From assembly GCF_009914755.1 (NCBI RefSeq), contig NC_060944.1: a stretch of 64,000 bases of DNA, one strand, 5' to 3'. The notes below the pieces were generated by a model, which saw nothing but the letters and a program-made list of their open reading frames with translations, was not told the origin of the DNA and searched no databases. The stretch comes from the human T2T-CHM13v2.0 reference genome, Homo sapiens. The position numbers were made by a program, and so were the translations under genes. Position 1 is the stretch's first letter. Every line of letters starts with the position of its first letter. Shown here piece by piece: positions 1 through 17,213 of the stretch.

Positions 1-790
<790 letters not shown>

Positions 791-1016
791 AGCAGAGTAA
801 GAAGCATCAGCCTTTCTGGTAAGATCTGAGGGGATATAAGAACCCTCTCATTGTCAATGATTTCTCTCACTATTTCAGTACCTAAACAACCTTTACTTGT
901 CCTTTCTTTTGGATATTACATCTTATATATAATAGCCCTTTATTAATATGATTTTATGCTCATATATATGAATCTGTATGAATTTTTTCTGTGAGAATCA
1001 AACTTAAGAACTGTCA

Positions 1017-1636
1017 CTTTTTTCTTTGTTTTTTTTTTTTTTTGGAGACAAAGTCTCGCTCTATCACCCAAGCTGGAGTGCAGTGGTGGGATCTCAGCTA
1101 ACTACAACCTCCGCCTACCAGGTTCAAGCAATTCTTCTGCCTCAGCCTCCCGGGTAGCTGGGATTTCAGGTGCCCGCCACCACACCTGGCTGATTTTTTA
1201 AAATATATTTTTAGTAGAGATGTGGTTTCACCATGTGGACCAGGCTGGTCTTGAACTCTTGACCTCGGGTAATTTGCCTGCCTCGGCCTCCCAAAGTGCT
1301 GGGATTACAAGCTTGAGCCACCGTGCCCGGGCCCTTTTCTTTTTGTTTTGAGATGGGGTCTTGCTCTGTTACCCAGGCTGGAGTGCGGTGGTGTGATGTG
1401 ACCACGGCTCACTACAGCCTCAATTTCCCAGGTTCAAGTGATTCTCCCACCTCAGCCTCCTGAGTAGCTGAGATTACAGGTGTGCACCACCACACTGGAC
1501 TAACTTTTTCATTTTTTTGTAGAGACAAGGTCTCACTATGTTGCCTAGGCTGGTCTTGTACTGCTGGGCTCAAGCAATCCTCCTGCCTCTGCCTCTCAAA
1601 GAGCTGAGATTATAGGTGTGAGCCGCCATGCCCGCC
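1017..1636 (-). mobile_element. AluS (1017-1333) inserted in the tail of AluJ (1334-1636)
   Basis: Two tandem antisense Alus with shared flank gtcactttt on both sides. Confidence 0.92.
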
Positions 1637-2228
1637 CGTCACTTTTCTGTATATTCCTAAATAAAATTAAATCTGGTTCAGCCTCTATTGACTTTAGTGG
1701 TAGATAAATTCAACCCCATTTTTCTGGTGAAGAGGTTCCTCTGCAATTCTTTAGGATTATGCCAGCACCCAGGGCTTACTCAGTCCAGATGTCTTGCCTT
1801 CTGATCCACTGGAAGATGTAGAGTTTTACTACCCAGCTCCAGTGTCTTCTCCCCTCAAGTTTAGGTGGAGCCTGTTTGTCAAGGCCTCTGTGTAATACCT
1901 AGGGCCCCAAACCATTTGCATACATGCAGCCATCCCATTCAGAGGCTCTATCTCTACAGAGCTGTAAACCCTTCCTACCAGTGTGCAGGGCAGCTAACAC
2001 CCTCCATCCTCACTCCACCCCTTATCCTTGTGCAGTGTAGCTCTGCCCTTCCACAAAGAGCTTGACTGTCACCACGTCCTCTTATAATCCCACGCAGTCC
2101 CACCTTCTCTCATAATCCCAAAGAAGATATGTCAGGGCCAGGACATCTATGGATATGGTGTGAGTGATATTCCAGTGGAGTAACTCCCTTCCCTACTGTG
2201 GTCTTTCTTCTTATACAGCAAGAATGAG

Positions 2229-2553
<325 letters not shown>

Positions 2554-2863
2554 TCAACGAAGGATCGCATGGACTGGTACCAAGTGGTTCGGATCTGGGA
2601 AGTCAGCTGTAAAATGGAGTTGTCTAGGAATATCAAGAGCCTTACGGCTGGGGCAGTTGGGGACCTTCTAGTCCCTGGGCTGTTGCATTTCCCCACTGGC
2701 CAAGTATCCCAGGCCAATAGGCACTGGAGCTTGGGTGCTGTCCTTTCACTGGAATGGGCCTACTGTGTGTCCAGCAGCTGTCTTGGCTATGGCAGATTGG
2801 TCCTTGATTTGATGAGAGGCTGAAGACCACGTGTGACTTTGTCTTGCTATCCTGGTCTTGTAG

Positions 2864-3280
<417 letters not shown>

Positions 3281-3728
3281 ACCACAACCAATTTTCAACA
3301 TGCTGCTGGGTGTGAGATAATCAGAAAAGCATGGAGCATAGGTAGACATTTAATGGTCTTTTGAGTCCAACCTCTACATTTTACTGATAATTAATTTGGA
3401 GAATCCATTGTCCTTCCAAGATTGATTACCCATTTCTCATTTTGAGGAACGTTTAACAGCAAGAAGATTGGATCAGGTTTCTGAGTGAGCCCCAAGAACT
3501 TTGTCTCTGAGAGCTTTCAAGGTTTGAGTGACTCCTTTGCATTTTGAGTACATATTCCAAGGGCATTTTCCTTTGGCTGTTTGTGATCAGAGATTATTGT
3601 GGTCATGATGTGCCTGCACATTATTGCTGCAATAGCAAACCACTCATCTTATTTGCTGGTGTCTCTGTGGGTCAGTCTTTGGGTTGGACTCAGCTGGGCA
3701 GTTCTTCTGACGCTCTCACCTGGGGTCA

Positions 3729-4226
3729 TAGTGGTAGGGAGAGTAACAATCCTCCTGAAGATGTCAATTCCCTAATCCTTGGTTTTAGACCTGCGCAAGC
3801 TACATTACCTAGTAAAGGGGACTTTGCAAATGCAATTAAATTTATGGACTTTTGGGTTAGGAAATTATCCTGGACTGTCTGGACAGGTCTAACGTAGTTA
3901 CATGGGCCCTTAAAAGTAGAAAAGAAACTTTGGGAGGCTGAGATGGGCAGATCGCTTGAGCCCAAGAGTTCAGGACCAGCCTGGGCACCATGGCAAAATC
4001 CTGACTCTAGGGGAGGTTCAAAGCATGAAAGGGACTTGCCTACCATTGTTGGCTTTGAATTAGAGGAAGGGGGCCATAAGCCAAGGGACAGCCTCTAGAA
4101 GCAGGGAACAGCCCTCACTCACAGCCAGCAAGGGGACCTCAGTTCTACAGCCGAAAGGGACTGAATTCTGCCAATAGCCTGAATGAGTAAAGAAACAGCT
4201 TCTCCTCATAGAGCCTCCAGAAAGGA
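3729..4226 (+). mobile_element. MLT1D/E-type MaLR LTR containing an Alu fragment (~3927-4005)
   Basis: gaagatgtc..cctaatcc, gggactttgcaaatgcaattaa, cagccagcaaggggacctcagttctac motifs. Confidence 0.7.
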
Positions 4227-4227
4227 G

Positions 4228-4632
4228 CGCTGGTATCTCACTGTGGTTTCAATTTGCATTTCCCTGGTGATTAGTGATGTTGAGCGTCTTTTCATGTGCT
4301 TGTTGGCCATTCGTATGTCTTCTTTGGAGAAATGTTTATTTGCCCATGTTTACTGGGGTTGTTTGTTTTGTTGTAGGAATCCTTCATATGGCTTGCATAT
4401 CAACCCTTTATTATATATATAATTTCAAATATTTTCTCCCATTCTGTAGGCTACCTCTTCAGTCTTTTGATAGTGTCTTTTGAGGCACAGAAATTTCAAA
4501 TTTTGGTGTAACCTAATTTATCTATTTTTACTTTTGTTGCCTGTACTTTTGGCATGATATCTAAGAAATTATTGCGAAATCCAATGTTATGAAGCTTTCT
4601 CCCTAAATTTTCTTCCAAGAGTTTTATAGTTG
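4228..4632 (-). mobile_element. L1 (L1M) ORF2 3' fragment
   Basis: tggtatctcactgtggtttcaatttgcatttccctggtgattagtgatgttgagc...tcttctttggagaaatg matches antisense L1. Confidence 0.88.
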
Positions 4633-4696
4633 GGAGAGTTTTAAGCAGTGAAGTGCTATATGGGAGGCTGGACAGGGCAGGGATGTGGGAAGCTGA

Positions 4697-5220
4697 TTGT
4701 GTTGAAAGTCCCAGTCTTCATCCCTCCCCTCATCTACATGCTTTGCTGTCACATTGCAGCTCCACCCAACAAGAGGCAACATGCACTTTCCTACCACTTG
4801 ACTTTATTTCAGCCATGTACTTGGTAAAGACTTTCTACTCTGACTCTGGGCTTGACCATATGACTTGCTTTGGCCCATATAATGAGACAGAAGTGATGGC
4901 ACAGCAGTTCCAAGCCAAGGCTTCAAGGAGCCTTGCAGGTTTCCACTTGCTGTCTTGTGCTTCTGCCATCGTCCCGAGAACCTGCCCAGGCGAGCCCGCT
5001 GGAGGATGAGAAACACACAGAGCAGAGCTGAATAGCCTCAGTCAACTCAACCAGCTGATCCCCAGACATGGGCGTGAGCCATCAGCTGGTCCCCAGTTAA
5101 CCCCAGAGGCATTAGTATTGCAGGCCACTGAGGTTTTGTGGCTGTTTCTTATGAAATGTACTCCATAATATCCAATAAGGATATTCAGTAAGGATGATAT
5201 GGCATTGGATAACTGATACA
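4697..5220 (+). mobile_element. Old MLT1 (F/G/H-type) LTR
   Basis: catatgacttgctttggcc...gccactgaggttttgtggctgttt...ataactgataca end. Confidence 0.65.
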
Positions 5221-5530
5221 GCGAGCAGATTGGAAGCAGAGAGATGTGTTGGGAGGATATTACAATAATTCAGGTGAGAGATGATAGCTGTGAAGGTGAT
5301 GACAAGAGGTTGGATTCTGGATGTATCTTGAAGGTGGTGCTGATGGATTTGCTCTCACATTGGAAATAGGGTATGGGGAAGAGAGACCAGCTGAGGATCA
5401 CTCCATGGGTTTTGAGCATCTGGAAGGATGAAATTGCCACTAGCTGTGGTAGGATGACTGCAGGAGGAGCAGGTTTGGGGAGGCTATCAGGGACTCAGTT
5501 TTGAATATTCACACATTCAGGGATTTTGGG
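5221..5530 (-). mobile_element. L2 fragment
   Basis: ggaggatattacaataattcaggtgagagatgat...gattctggatgtatcttgaagg matches antisense L2. Confidence 0.7.
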
Positions 5531-6153
5531 AGAGTTGACACATATCCCTGGACTTTGGGAGTGCTCATAAAGCCAGAGGCTGGCAGTGCTTCTTGAATGA
5601 AAAACTGTGAAAAGGGGAGGCCTGATGAAGCAGCCTGTTGTGGATAAGCATGCCCCACAAGGAAAGGATGAGGGCTTTCCCTTTGCCTGAGGGCAGGAAG
5701 AGTGCATCAAGGGTCCCACGCCTCCTTATGAAGGAGCATAAAGTGGAGTGGTGGGTGGATACCTAGGGCTGCCCAGGTGGTGTCCAGCAAAGAGAAGCTT
5801 CCCCCAGAGAAAGGCTAGAGTACAGAGGCTGGTAGAGGCTGAGGGGAGACCTGACTGCCTTTGCCTGAGGGATGACCTCAGGAGTAGAAAGGGCTCACAT
5901 GAAGTCATGTGGCATTCCGAAAGAATGGCACTCACCATCTCAGCGGAGCCCACCGCCTCTATGGGGGCCTCCAGCTGCAGAGCCCAGCCTGAGAGAATCC
6001 TCCCAGGAGGGCAGTCAAGGAGGAGGTCAGAGCCTCTTCTCCTCATGAATGCCAACGGTGGAGAACTAGGCTGGAAAGGGCACCTGGGCGAGGTGGGGAA
6101 CAGGGAGAATCCTGGAACATAGATTTCCAGCTCTCGGAGAGGAAGAGTCTAAC

Positions 6154-6285
6154 TTTTTTTTTTGAGACAGAGTCTCGCCCTGTCACCCAGGCTGGAGGGC
6201 AGGGGTTGCAGTTAGCCAAGATCACACCACTGCACTCTAGCCTGAGTGACAGAGTGAGACTCGGTCTCAATAAACAAAAAAACAA
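6154..6285. mobile_element. Inverted fusion of two Alu 3' ends
   Basis: polyT plus antisense Alu end joined directly to a sense Alu end plus A-tail. Confidence 0.85.
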
Positions 6286-6906
6286 GAAGAAGTTGGTGTG
6301 AATTTGAGAGCTGTATTGTTAAGGCTCCAGTAGCATCTATTGTAGATATCACTGAGGGATGGGAAGGGGGATTCAAAGAGCATGGTAGAAAATGCAATTA
6401 GAGAAAATAGAATTTTCTTTTTTTCCACACGCACTAGATTGAATGAAAATAGTTTTCAAAACCCCTCTGCCTTGCACTCCCTAATGAACGGATGATACAC
6501 ATGAATTAAACTGTGGGTGGCTTAATAGCTGGAGAGAGGCCACAAGTATAGGCAGAAATGAACACACATGTGTTGCAACAGAAGCACTCAAGACGCAACA
6601 GTGAAATTCACTAGCAGAAAATCGAGGTGAGAAGAAATCGAAAATTGTTCTTTTAAACCTACCGCTTTTGCTGACTGTCATTAAAAATGTGAAAACAGGT
6701 GGTAATGGAACCATAAGTGATTAGTTTTCTTTCCTTCTGCATGATTATAATGATGTTTGAGAGTGAAACAATGCTCCTAAAATTTATTACTTTTTTGTCC
6801 ACTAAAAAAAATGCCCCCATCTTTAACTTTAGTGGCACAAATCATCTATTTTTCTAACAACCTCAGAAACTCAGTATGATGTCCCCTTTGAAAATAATGG
6901 AAAGTT

Positions 6907-7457
<551 letters not shown>

Positions 7458-7491
7458 TCATGCTCTTCTGGGAATCCCTGCCTCACCATGA

Positions 7492-8619
<1,128 letters not shown>

Positions 8620-8620
8620 T

Positions 8621-8999
8621 TATATTAGTCTGTTCTCATGCTGCTATAAAGAACTTCCCTAGACTGGGTAATTTATAAGGGAAAGAGGTGTAACTGACCC
8701 ACGGTTCCACATGACTGGGGAGGCCTCAGGAAACTTACAATCATGGCAGAAGGGGAAACAAGCCGTCTTACGTGGCAGCAGGTGAGGCCGGGGGTGGGGG
8801 GAGAGGGAGAGAGCACGTGTAAGCACAGGAAAAACTACTCTTTAAAACCGTCAGATCGCATGAGAACTCACTATCATGAAAACAGCACGGGGGAACTGCC
8901 CCCATAATCCAATCACCTCCTACCAGGTCTCTCCGTTAACGCCTGGGGATTACAAGTCAAGATGAGATTTGGGTGAGAACACAAAGCCTAATCATATCA
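8621..8999 (-). mobile_element. THE1D-like MaLR solo LTR
   Basis: tattagtctgttctcatgctgctataaagaac...gagatttgggtgagaacacaaagcctaatcatatca. 5-bp TSD GATCT at 8616-8620 and 9000-9004. Confidence 0.88.
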
Positions 9000-9005
9000 G
9001 ATCTG

Positions 9006-9404
9006 TTTTTATTTTATTTTATTTTATTTTATTTTATTTTATTTTATTTATTATTTTATTTTATTATTTTATTTTATTTTATTTTATTTTATTTTATTTT
9101 ATATTTTATTTTATTTTATTTTGAGAGGGAGTCTAACTCTGTCACCCAGGCTGGAGCGCAGTGCCGCGACCTCCGCTCACTGCAAGCTCCGCCTCCCGGG
9201 TTCCCGCCATTCTCCTGCCTCAGCCTCCAGAGTAGTGGGGACTACAGGCGCCCACCACTACGCCCGGCTAATTTTTTATATTTTTAGTAGAGACGGGGTT
9301 TCACCTGTGTTAGCCAGGATGATCTCGATCTCCTGACCTCGTGATCCGCCCGCTTCGGCCTCCCAAAGTGCTGGGATTACAGGCGTGAGCCACCGCACCC
9401 GGCC
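9006..9404 (-). mobile_element. AluY-type Alu with long interrupted (TTTTA)n tail
   Basis: gcaagctccgcctcccggg; tail 9006-9122; flank atctgttttta duplicated. Confidence 0.93.
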
Positions 9405-9424
9405 ATATCTGTTTTTAAATATAC

Positions 9425-10135
9425 ATAATATTGAATTATATCTGTTCTTATGTTTAAAGTACTAGTAGGAAATACCCAAAATATTAATAATCTTTGTAAC
9501 TGAGGGATAGGTTTATACTTGATTTTTACTTTTACTTTTCATTTATCTGTAGTGCCTATATTGTCTACAATAAACATGTATTATATATTTACTTTTGTTG
9601 TAAGGAACAAAGGTTTTTCTAAAAGTGGGGAGTGAGACTTAACCCCTGAACTCCCCCCAAAAAGACCATTGAATTTGTTTTCATGAGAATTAAACATTTC
9701 TTGAGTCAAAGACACCAAAAGTGAACTTAACAGCAGATGAACTGAGAAAAAGTATTTACAATGTGCAGAGCAGAAAAAGAGTTTTATTTTTCTGAAAAAA
9801 TTTTTATTTATTTATTTATTTTGAGACAGGGTCTCACTTTGTCACCCAGGCTGCAATGCAGTGCTATTATCTCAGCTCACTGCAGCCTTGACCTCCTGGG
9901 TTCAAGTGATCCTCTAACCTCAGCCCCCCAAGTATCGGGGACTACAGGTGCACGCACCACCGCACCCAACTAATTATTTGTATTTTTTGTAGAGACAGAT
10001 TTTCGCTATGTTGCCCAGGCTCAAACTTCTGGGCTACAGCAATCTGCCCACCTTGACCTCCCAAAGTGCTAGGATTACAGGCATGAGCCACCATGCTTGG
10101 CCAGGAAAAGAATTTTAATCATTATATACATATAC

Positions 10136-10166
<31 letters not shown>

Positions 10167-10760
10167 CATATATATAAAACAAGTCAATAAGAAAAATAAA
10201 AACAATCAATAGAAAATTGAACAAAAGATAACAGCAATTTACAGAAGTTGAAGAAAAAAGTCCAATAAATATATGAAAAGATTTTAATCTCATTAAAAAC
10301 GAAGGAAATAGAGGTCACAACCATTAATAAAATATTTTTTGCCAAAAAAATTTTTTTTGCTTATCACTTTAGAAAATACCTTAAAAATCACTAGCAATCA
10401 GAGTTTGTGAGGATGGTTATTCTCGCTAATAATACCAACCATCTATGTGTATACCTACTGTTGGTGGAACTGAAAATTGGCAGAGCCCTTTCTGAAAAGA
10501 ACTTAGTGGTATATGTCAATACTTTAGGTATGCATGCCCTATGACACAGTGGTTCCAATTTCAGGTATCTATTCCAGAGAAATATTTGCCCATGTGCATG
10601 AAGAGGTGTGTACAAGAAGAGGCATGAGTCATAAAGCACTGGAAACAACACAAATGTCTAGCATGGAAGAATGGTTATGTAAACTATGATTGGTCTGTTC
10701 TATTGAAAAACCACACAGCACCTAAAACAATTAGAAAGACCTATATGTGGTGACACGGCA
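9425..10760 (+). mobile_element. Old L1M (L1ME-like) fragments interrupted by AluJ (~9800-10102, -) and (TG)n
   Basis: tgcatgccctatgacacag...tttcaggtatctattccagagaaat; L1ME 3'-end-like segment at 9425-9600. Confidence 0.6.
10136..10163 (+). repeat. (TG)n microsatellite
   Basis: Direct reading. Confidence 0.95.
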
Positions 10761-10774
10761 AGATAGAGCAACAT

Positions 10775-10965
10775 AGCTCAGGGGTAACCACTGAGGGCCT
10801 GTCTGGATTCAAATCATGTTTCTGAAACTTCCTGTCTGTCAGACCTTGGAGAAGCCGCCTAAAGCGCTCTAAGTTTCCACTTCCCCATTTGTAAAATCGG
10901 AAAGATAGTATTATGTGCCTCCTAGGGCTGTTAATGAGAATTAAATGGGGCAATACATGCACTGT
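10775..10965 (+). mobile_element. MIR
   Basis: ggattcaaatc...gaccttggagaag...ccccatttgtaaaatcgg...gagaattaaatg core. Confidence 0.7.
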
Positions 10966-11608
10966 GTTTTTTTTTTTTTTTTTTTTTTGAGACAGGGACT
11001 TGCTCTATCATCTAGAGTAGAGTGCAGTGGCATTATCATGGCTCATTGCAGCCTTGACCTCCCAGGTTCAAATGATCCTCCTACCTCAGCCTCCTGGGAC
11101 TGTAGCTGGGAATACAGGAGTGCACCACTGTGCTTGGCTAATTTTTATTTTTTTGTAGAGATGGGATCTTGCTATGTTGCCCAGGGTAGTCTCGAACTCC
11201 TGGGCTCAAGTGATCCACCCGCCTCAGCATCCCAAAGTGCTGGGATTAGAGGTATTAGCCACTTTGCCTGGCCATACACAACATTTTGAACTGTGTGTGT
11301 CTCACAGTAATTTATCAATAAAAATACAAACTTTTGCATATTAGAGAAAAGCAAGTTGTAGAACACCAAACATGATATCAAAGCCTTAATACTAAAGGTA
11401 ATATATGTGGGTATGCCTATATATGCATAGAAAATGGCCCAGTAGAAAACATGTCTCATTAATAGCGGTGTTTATTTCTGATAAAGGAAAGGACTGGGAT
11501 AAGGCTGGGGTAGGAAAGCTGTCATATCAACTCTACACTTCAGTATTATTTACTTTTTTACAGAAATAAATGTAACTTGTTTGCTGCATGCAGGCACTTG
11601 CATGCGCA

Positions 11609-11612
<4 letters not shown>

Positions 11613-11642
<30 letters not shown>
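11613..11642 (+). repeat. (CA)n microsatellite
   Basis: Direct reading. Confidence 0.95.
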
Positions 11643-11645
<3 letters not shown>

Positions 11646-13403
11646 GCATACACCAGTTACCTTGGGCAAGGCAATATAGGCTTTGACTCTAGTTTGAAGA
11701 TTTCAAGAGTACCAAATGTTTTACTCAAGGAATTTGAGCAATTGTGCAATTTTCAACAGTGTTTTGTGTCTATTTTGGCTACACAGAGAACTTCCTCAAC
11801 AACATGGAAACAGACGAGTTTAGATTGTAGTTAACAAGAATAATTTGCAGAAATAGAAAGAAGCAAATAATCTGTTCTGTTAATAACACTCATCTGTCAC
11901 CCATGCAATGCCTTTCACAGTTGACTGAGAGCCAATTTTATCTTGCTGTCACATAGAGTGTCCTTTTTATCATTGCAGTTGCACACTTCCCACAATCTTT
12001 AGGCAAAGAGGCGGAACTGCCTCATCTACGTGTATAGAAGTTATCTTGTTGCCCGGGCTGGAGTGTGCAGTGTGCAGTCTTGCCTCACTGCAGCCTTGAC
12101 CTCCTGGGTTTAAGCAATCCTCCTGCCTCAGCCTCCTGAGTTTCTAGGACTACATACATGCCACCATGCTGGGCTAATTAAAAAAATTTTTTTTTGTAGA
12201 GATAGGGTCTTGCTATGTTGCCCAGGCTGCTCTCAAACTCCTGGCTTCAAGTGATTCTCCCACCTCAGCATTCTAATATGTAGGGATTATAGGTGTCAGC
12301 CACCATGCTCAGCCTCTCTTGTGTCTCTGAAGAAGGTGCTGGTGAAGAAAGGATCTGGGGCGTCCCAGGTGAGGGAGAACTTTCCAACGCATGCAATCCA
12401 TCTTGGGCCTCAGGTGACACCCTTGTATCATTCTGAATTAGGAAACGCTTCATTTTTTTAAACCTCATTATGCAAGGAGAATATTTTTTAAAATATTTTA
12501 AGGCCAGGCGCAGTGGCTTATGCCTGTAATCCTAGCACTTTTGGAGGCCGAGGCAGGTGGATCACCTGAGGTTGGGAGTTTGAGACCAGCCTGGCCAACA
12601 TGGTGAAACCCCATCTCTACTAACAACACAAAAAGTACACTGGGCATGGTGGTGCCTGCCTGTAATCTCAGCTACTTGGGAGGCTGAGGCAGGAGAATCG
12701 CTTGAACCTGGGAGGCAGAGGTTGGAGGAAGCTGAGATTGTGCCACTGCACTCCGGCCTGGGCGACAGAAGGAGACTCTGTTTCAAAAAAGAAAAAAAAA
12801 TGCAATCAAAACAAAAATAATAATCATTATGATATGATACCCATGGATTAACCACTCAGATTTAATGGATTTGAACATTTTTACACAATAGATTCTGGTG
12901 TGATTTTTTAAAAAAAGTTTATTAAAAAAAATAAAACTGGCTGGGCACGGAGGCTCACGCCTATAATCCCAGCACTTTGGGAAGCTGAGGCGGGTGGATA
13001 GCCTGAGATCAAGAGTTTGAAACCAGTCTGGCCAACATGGTGAAACCCTGACTCTACTAAAAATACAAAAATTATCCAGGCGTGGTGGCACATGCCTGTA
13101 ATCCCAGCTACTCGGGAGGCTGAGGCAGAAGAATTGCTGGAACCCAGGAGGTGGAGGTTGCGGTGAGCCGAGATCTCACCACTGCACTCCAGCCTGGGCA
13201 ACAGAGCTAGACTCGGTGTCAAAGAAATAAATCAATTAGATTAAATTTAAAAAAAAACTATGCAACTACAGCTAACTCCTTCCACCCTGTCCCAATCCTT
13301 TCTTGTACTTCCTTTTGCAGAGGTAACCAGCTTCCTGAACTGAGAGAGATCATTAGTGAGCATAGTTTTATTTTCTTCTTTTTTTCTTTTTCTTTTTATT
13401 TAA

Positions 13404-14010
<607 letters not shown>

Positions 14011-14064
14011 ATGTGTCCACAAACAACACAAAGCATTATTTGTGTGTTTTACAAATTCTCTTAA

Positions 14065-14214
<150 letters not shown>

Positions 14215-15731
14215 TAGCTGGGATTACAGGCATGCGCCACCACACCCAGCTAATTTTTTTCTGTTTAGTAGAGATGGGGTTTCACCATGTTGGCCAGGAT
14301 GGTCTCTAACTCCTGACCTCAAGTGATCCACCTGTCTTGGCCTCTCAAAGTGCTAGGATTATAGGCGTGAGCCACCGTGCCTGGCCTAATTCCTGCATTT
14401 ATTTTAACTACTCTGTAGTATTCCATTGTTTTGCTATCCCGAGAAATGTTGCAATGAACAGGCTTAGGTACACACGGCCTGACCCATAAGCTCAAGAAAC
14501 TTGCTTGGGTATTTATACAGAAGTAAATTTGGCTGCGTGTGGTGGCTCATGCATGCAATCCCAACACTTTCGAAGGTCAAGGTGGGCAGATCACTTGAGG
14601 TCAGGAGTTTGAGACCAGCCTGGCCAACATAGCGAAACCCCGTCTCTCCTGAAAATACAAAAAATTATTTGGGCATGGTGGTACACACCTGTAAGTCCAG
14701 CTACTCAGGAGGCTGAGACATGAGAATCACTTGAACCCAGGAGGCAGAGGTTGCAGTGAGCTGAGATCGCACCACTGCACCCCAGCCTAGGCAACAGAGC
14801 AAGACTCTGTCTCAAAAAGAACAACAAAAAAACCTGCTTAAAAAAAAATATATTTGTTGAATTGAAATTATGTACATATCAACTTTACTAAGTACTGCAA
14901 AATTGTTCTCTATTGTAATTATTCCAATTTTTCACTCCCACAGACTGAGTATAAAAGCCCGTTTCTGATTCTCCACCCTCACCACAGTTAGTGTTATCAG
15001 GATTGAAAAAGTTGCCAATCTAATGGCTCTGAAATTGTGTCTCATGGTTATTTTAATTTGCATTTCCCTGCTCTATACTTTTCTATACCTCATAATCTCC
15101 AATGGTGACACTGAAATCATGACAAACCTTCTATTATCACAAAGCAGGTATTAATGCTGCTAATGTTCACAGAATCAATGGCCATTACAAAATGTGCCTT
15201 CAGTTGATTGCTCACACCTCAGACTCCTTGAGTTTTCCATACATACAGCTCATGAATGCCAGATTACATGCTGAGCGATTTCATGAAGGAATGCTTGCCA
15301 ATCAGCTCCATGAGAAAGCGATTCAAAATGATGTTGGTTTCCTATGTTTTCTTGTCACTTTTGAAGAATCCTGTTGAAATGCAAGTCACTTATGGAATGA
15401 GCTCCAAGATCTTTTTTTTTTCCCACATGAAAAATACAAGATATGAAACAGCAGGTGTTAGCAGGTTTGTGTTTGTTTAAAATTTAAAAACATGTAAAAT
15501 GCTTATGAGAGTGTGCCTCTGGGGAGGAAACATAATTTCAGACTTACAGTGGGAAATAGATTTAGTTTTCATATAGAACTCTTGAAAATTTTTCGCTTTT
15601 GTTTTTTTTTTACCACCTCCAAATAGGCTAACAAACCAAAAAAATATGATCTGATTAAAACACAATTTGTGACTTTTTTAAAATCCCAAATTCTTTTGTT
15701 TTAACTTGCCATTAAATGGATGATTAAATAC

Positions 15732-16412
<681 letters not shown>

Positions 16413-17030
16413 AATACAGAGCTATGTGAAAGGGAAATTTCTAAAATCAGAGATTTCCTTTTACTATAAACAATACACACTCTTCTTTCGGTTTAAAAGT
16501 CATCATAAATGGAGGCCAGTTTAACACCCTGGAAAAGAAGGACAAACAGTTGTCAAACTACTGCAAAATTGCTTAGAAAACTTTAGGCCAGTCTCATGTT
16601 TTTATTTCAAGGAAGTTGTGAAATTTACTTTTCCATCTATAAAACAGCAGTGTGACTGTGCTCTGTGGAAATCAATTTTTTATTTAGAAAAAATATTCCA
16701 TTGTGCATTCCTCCCATATGAGCAACACATTTACCTAGGAAGATAGCAGATGATTTTGTAACCCTAGGTATCCACATGCATGATCACTTTGTCCTCTTCC
16801 ACTCCTGTGATAACTCCCTCCACAGTGCCATTAGTGCTTTGCCCTGGTTCCTGGGAAGGGACACATGGATGAGTGAAAACATTTTCCTGGGAGCAAAGCA
16901 ACTATCCAGATCAATCAAATTCTTTTCCCCATGGACTCAAATACACATTTCCTACCTAACAAGTTTTTTTTTTTTTTTTTTTTTTTTTTGAGACGGAGTC
17001 TCACTCTGTCACCCAGGCTGAATGGAGTGA

Positions 17031-17213
<183 letters not shown>

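Noticed and set aside
4183-4483. ORFs with L1-like text
   Set aside because: Antisense reading of a decayed L1 fragment.
5726-6122. Overlapping 109-aa and 124-aa ORFs in G-rich unique DNA
   Set aside because: No recognisable homology or exon signals; G-rich composition lengthens chance ORFs.
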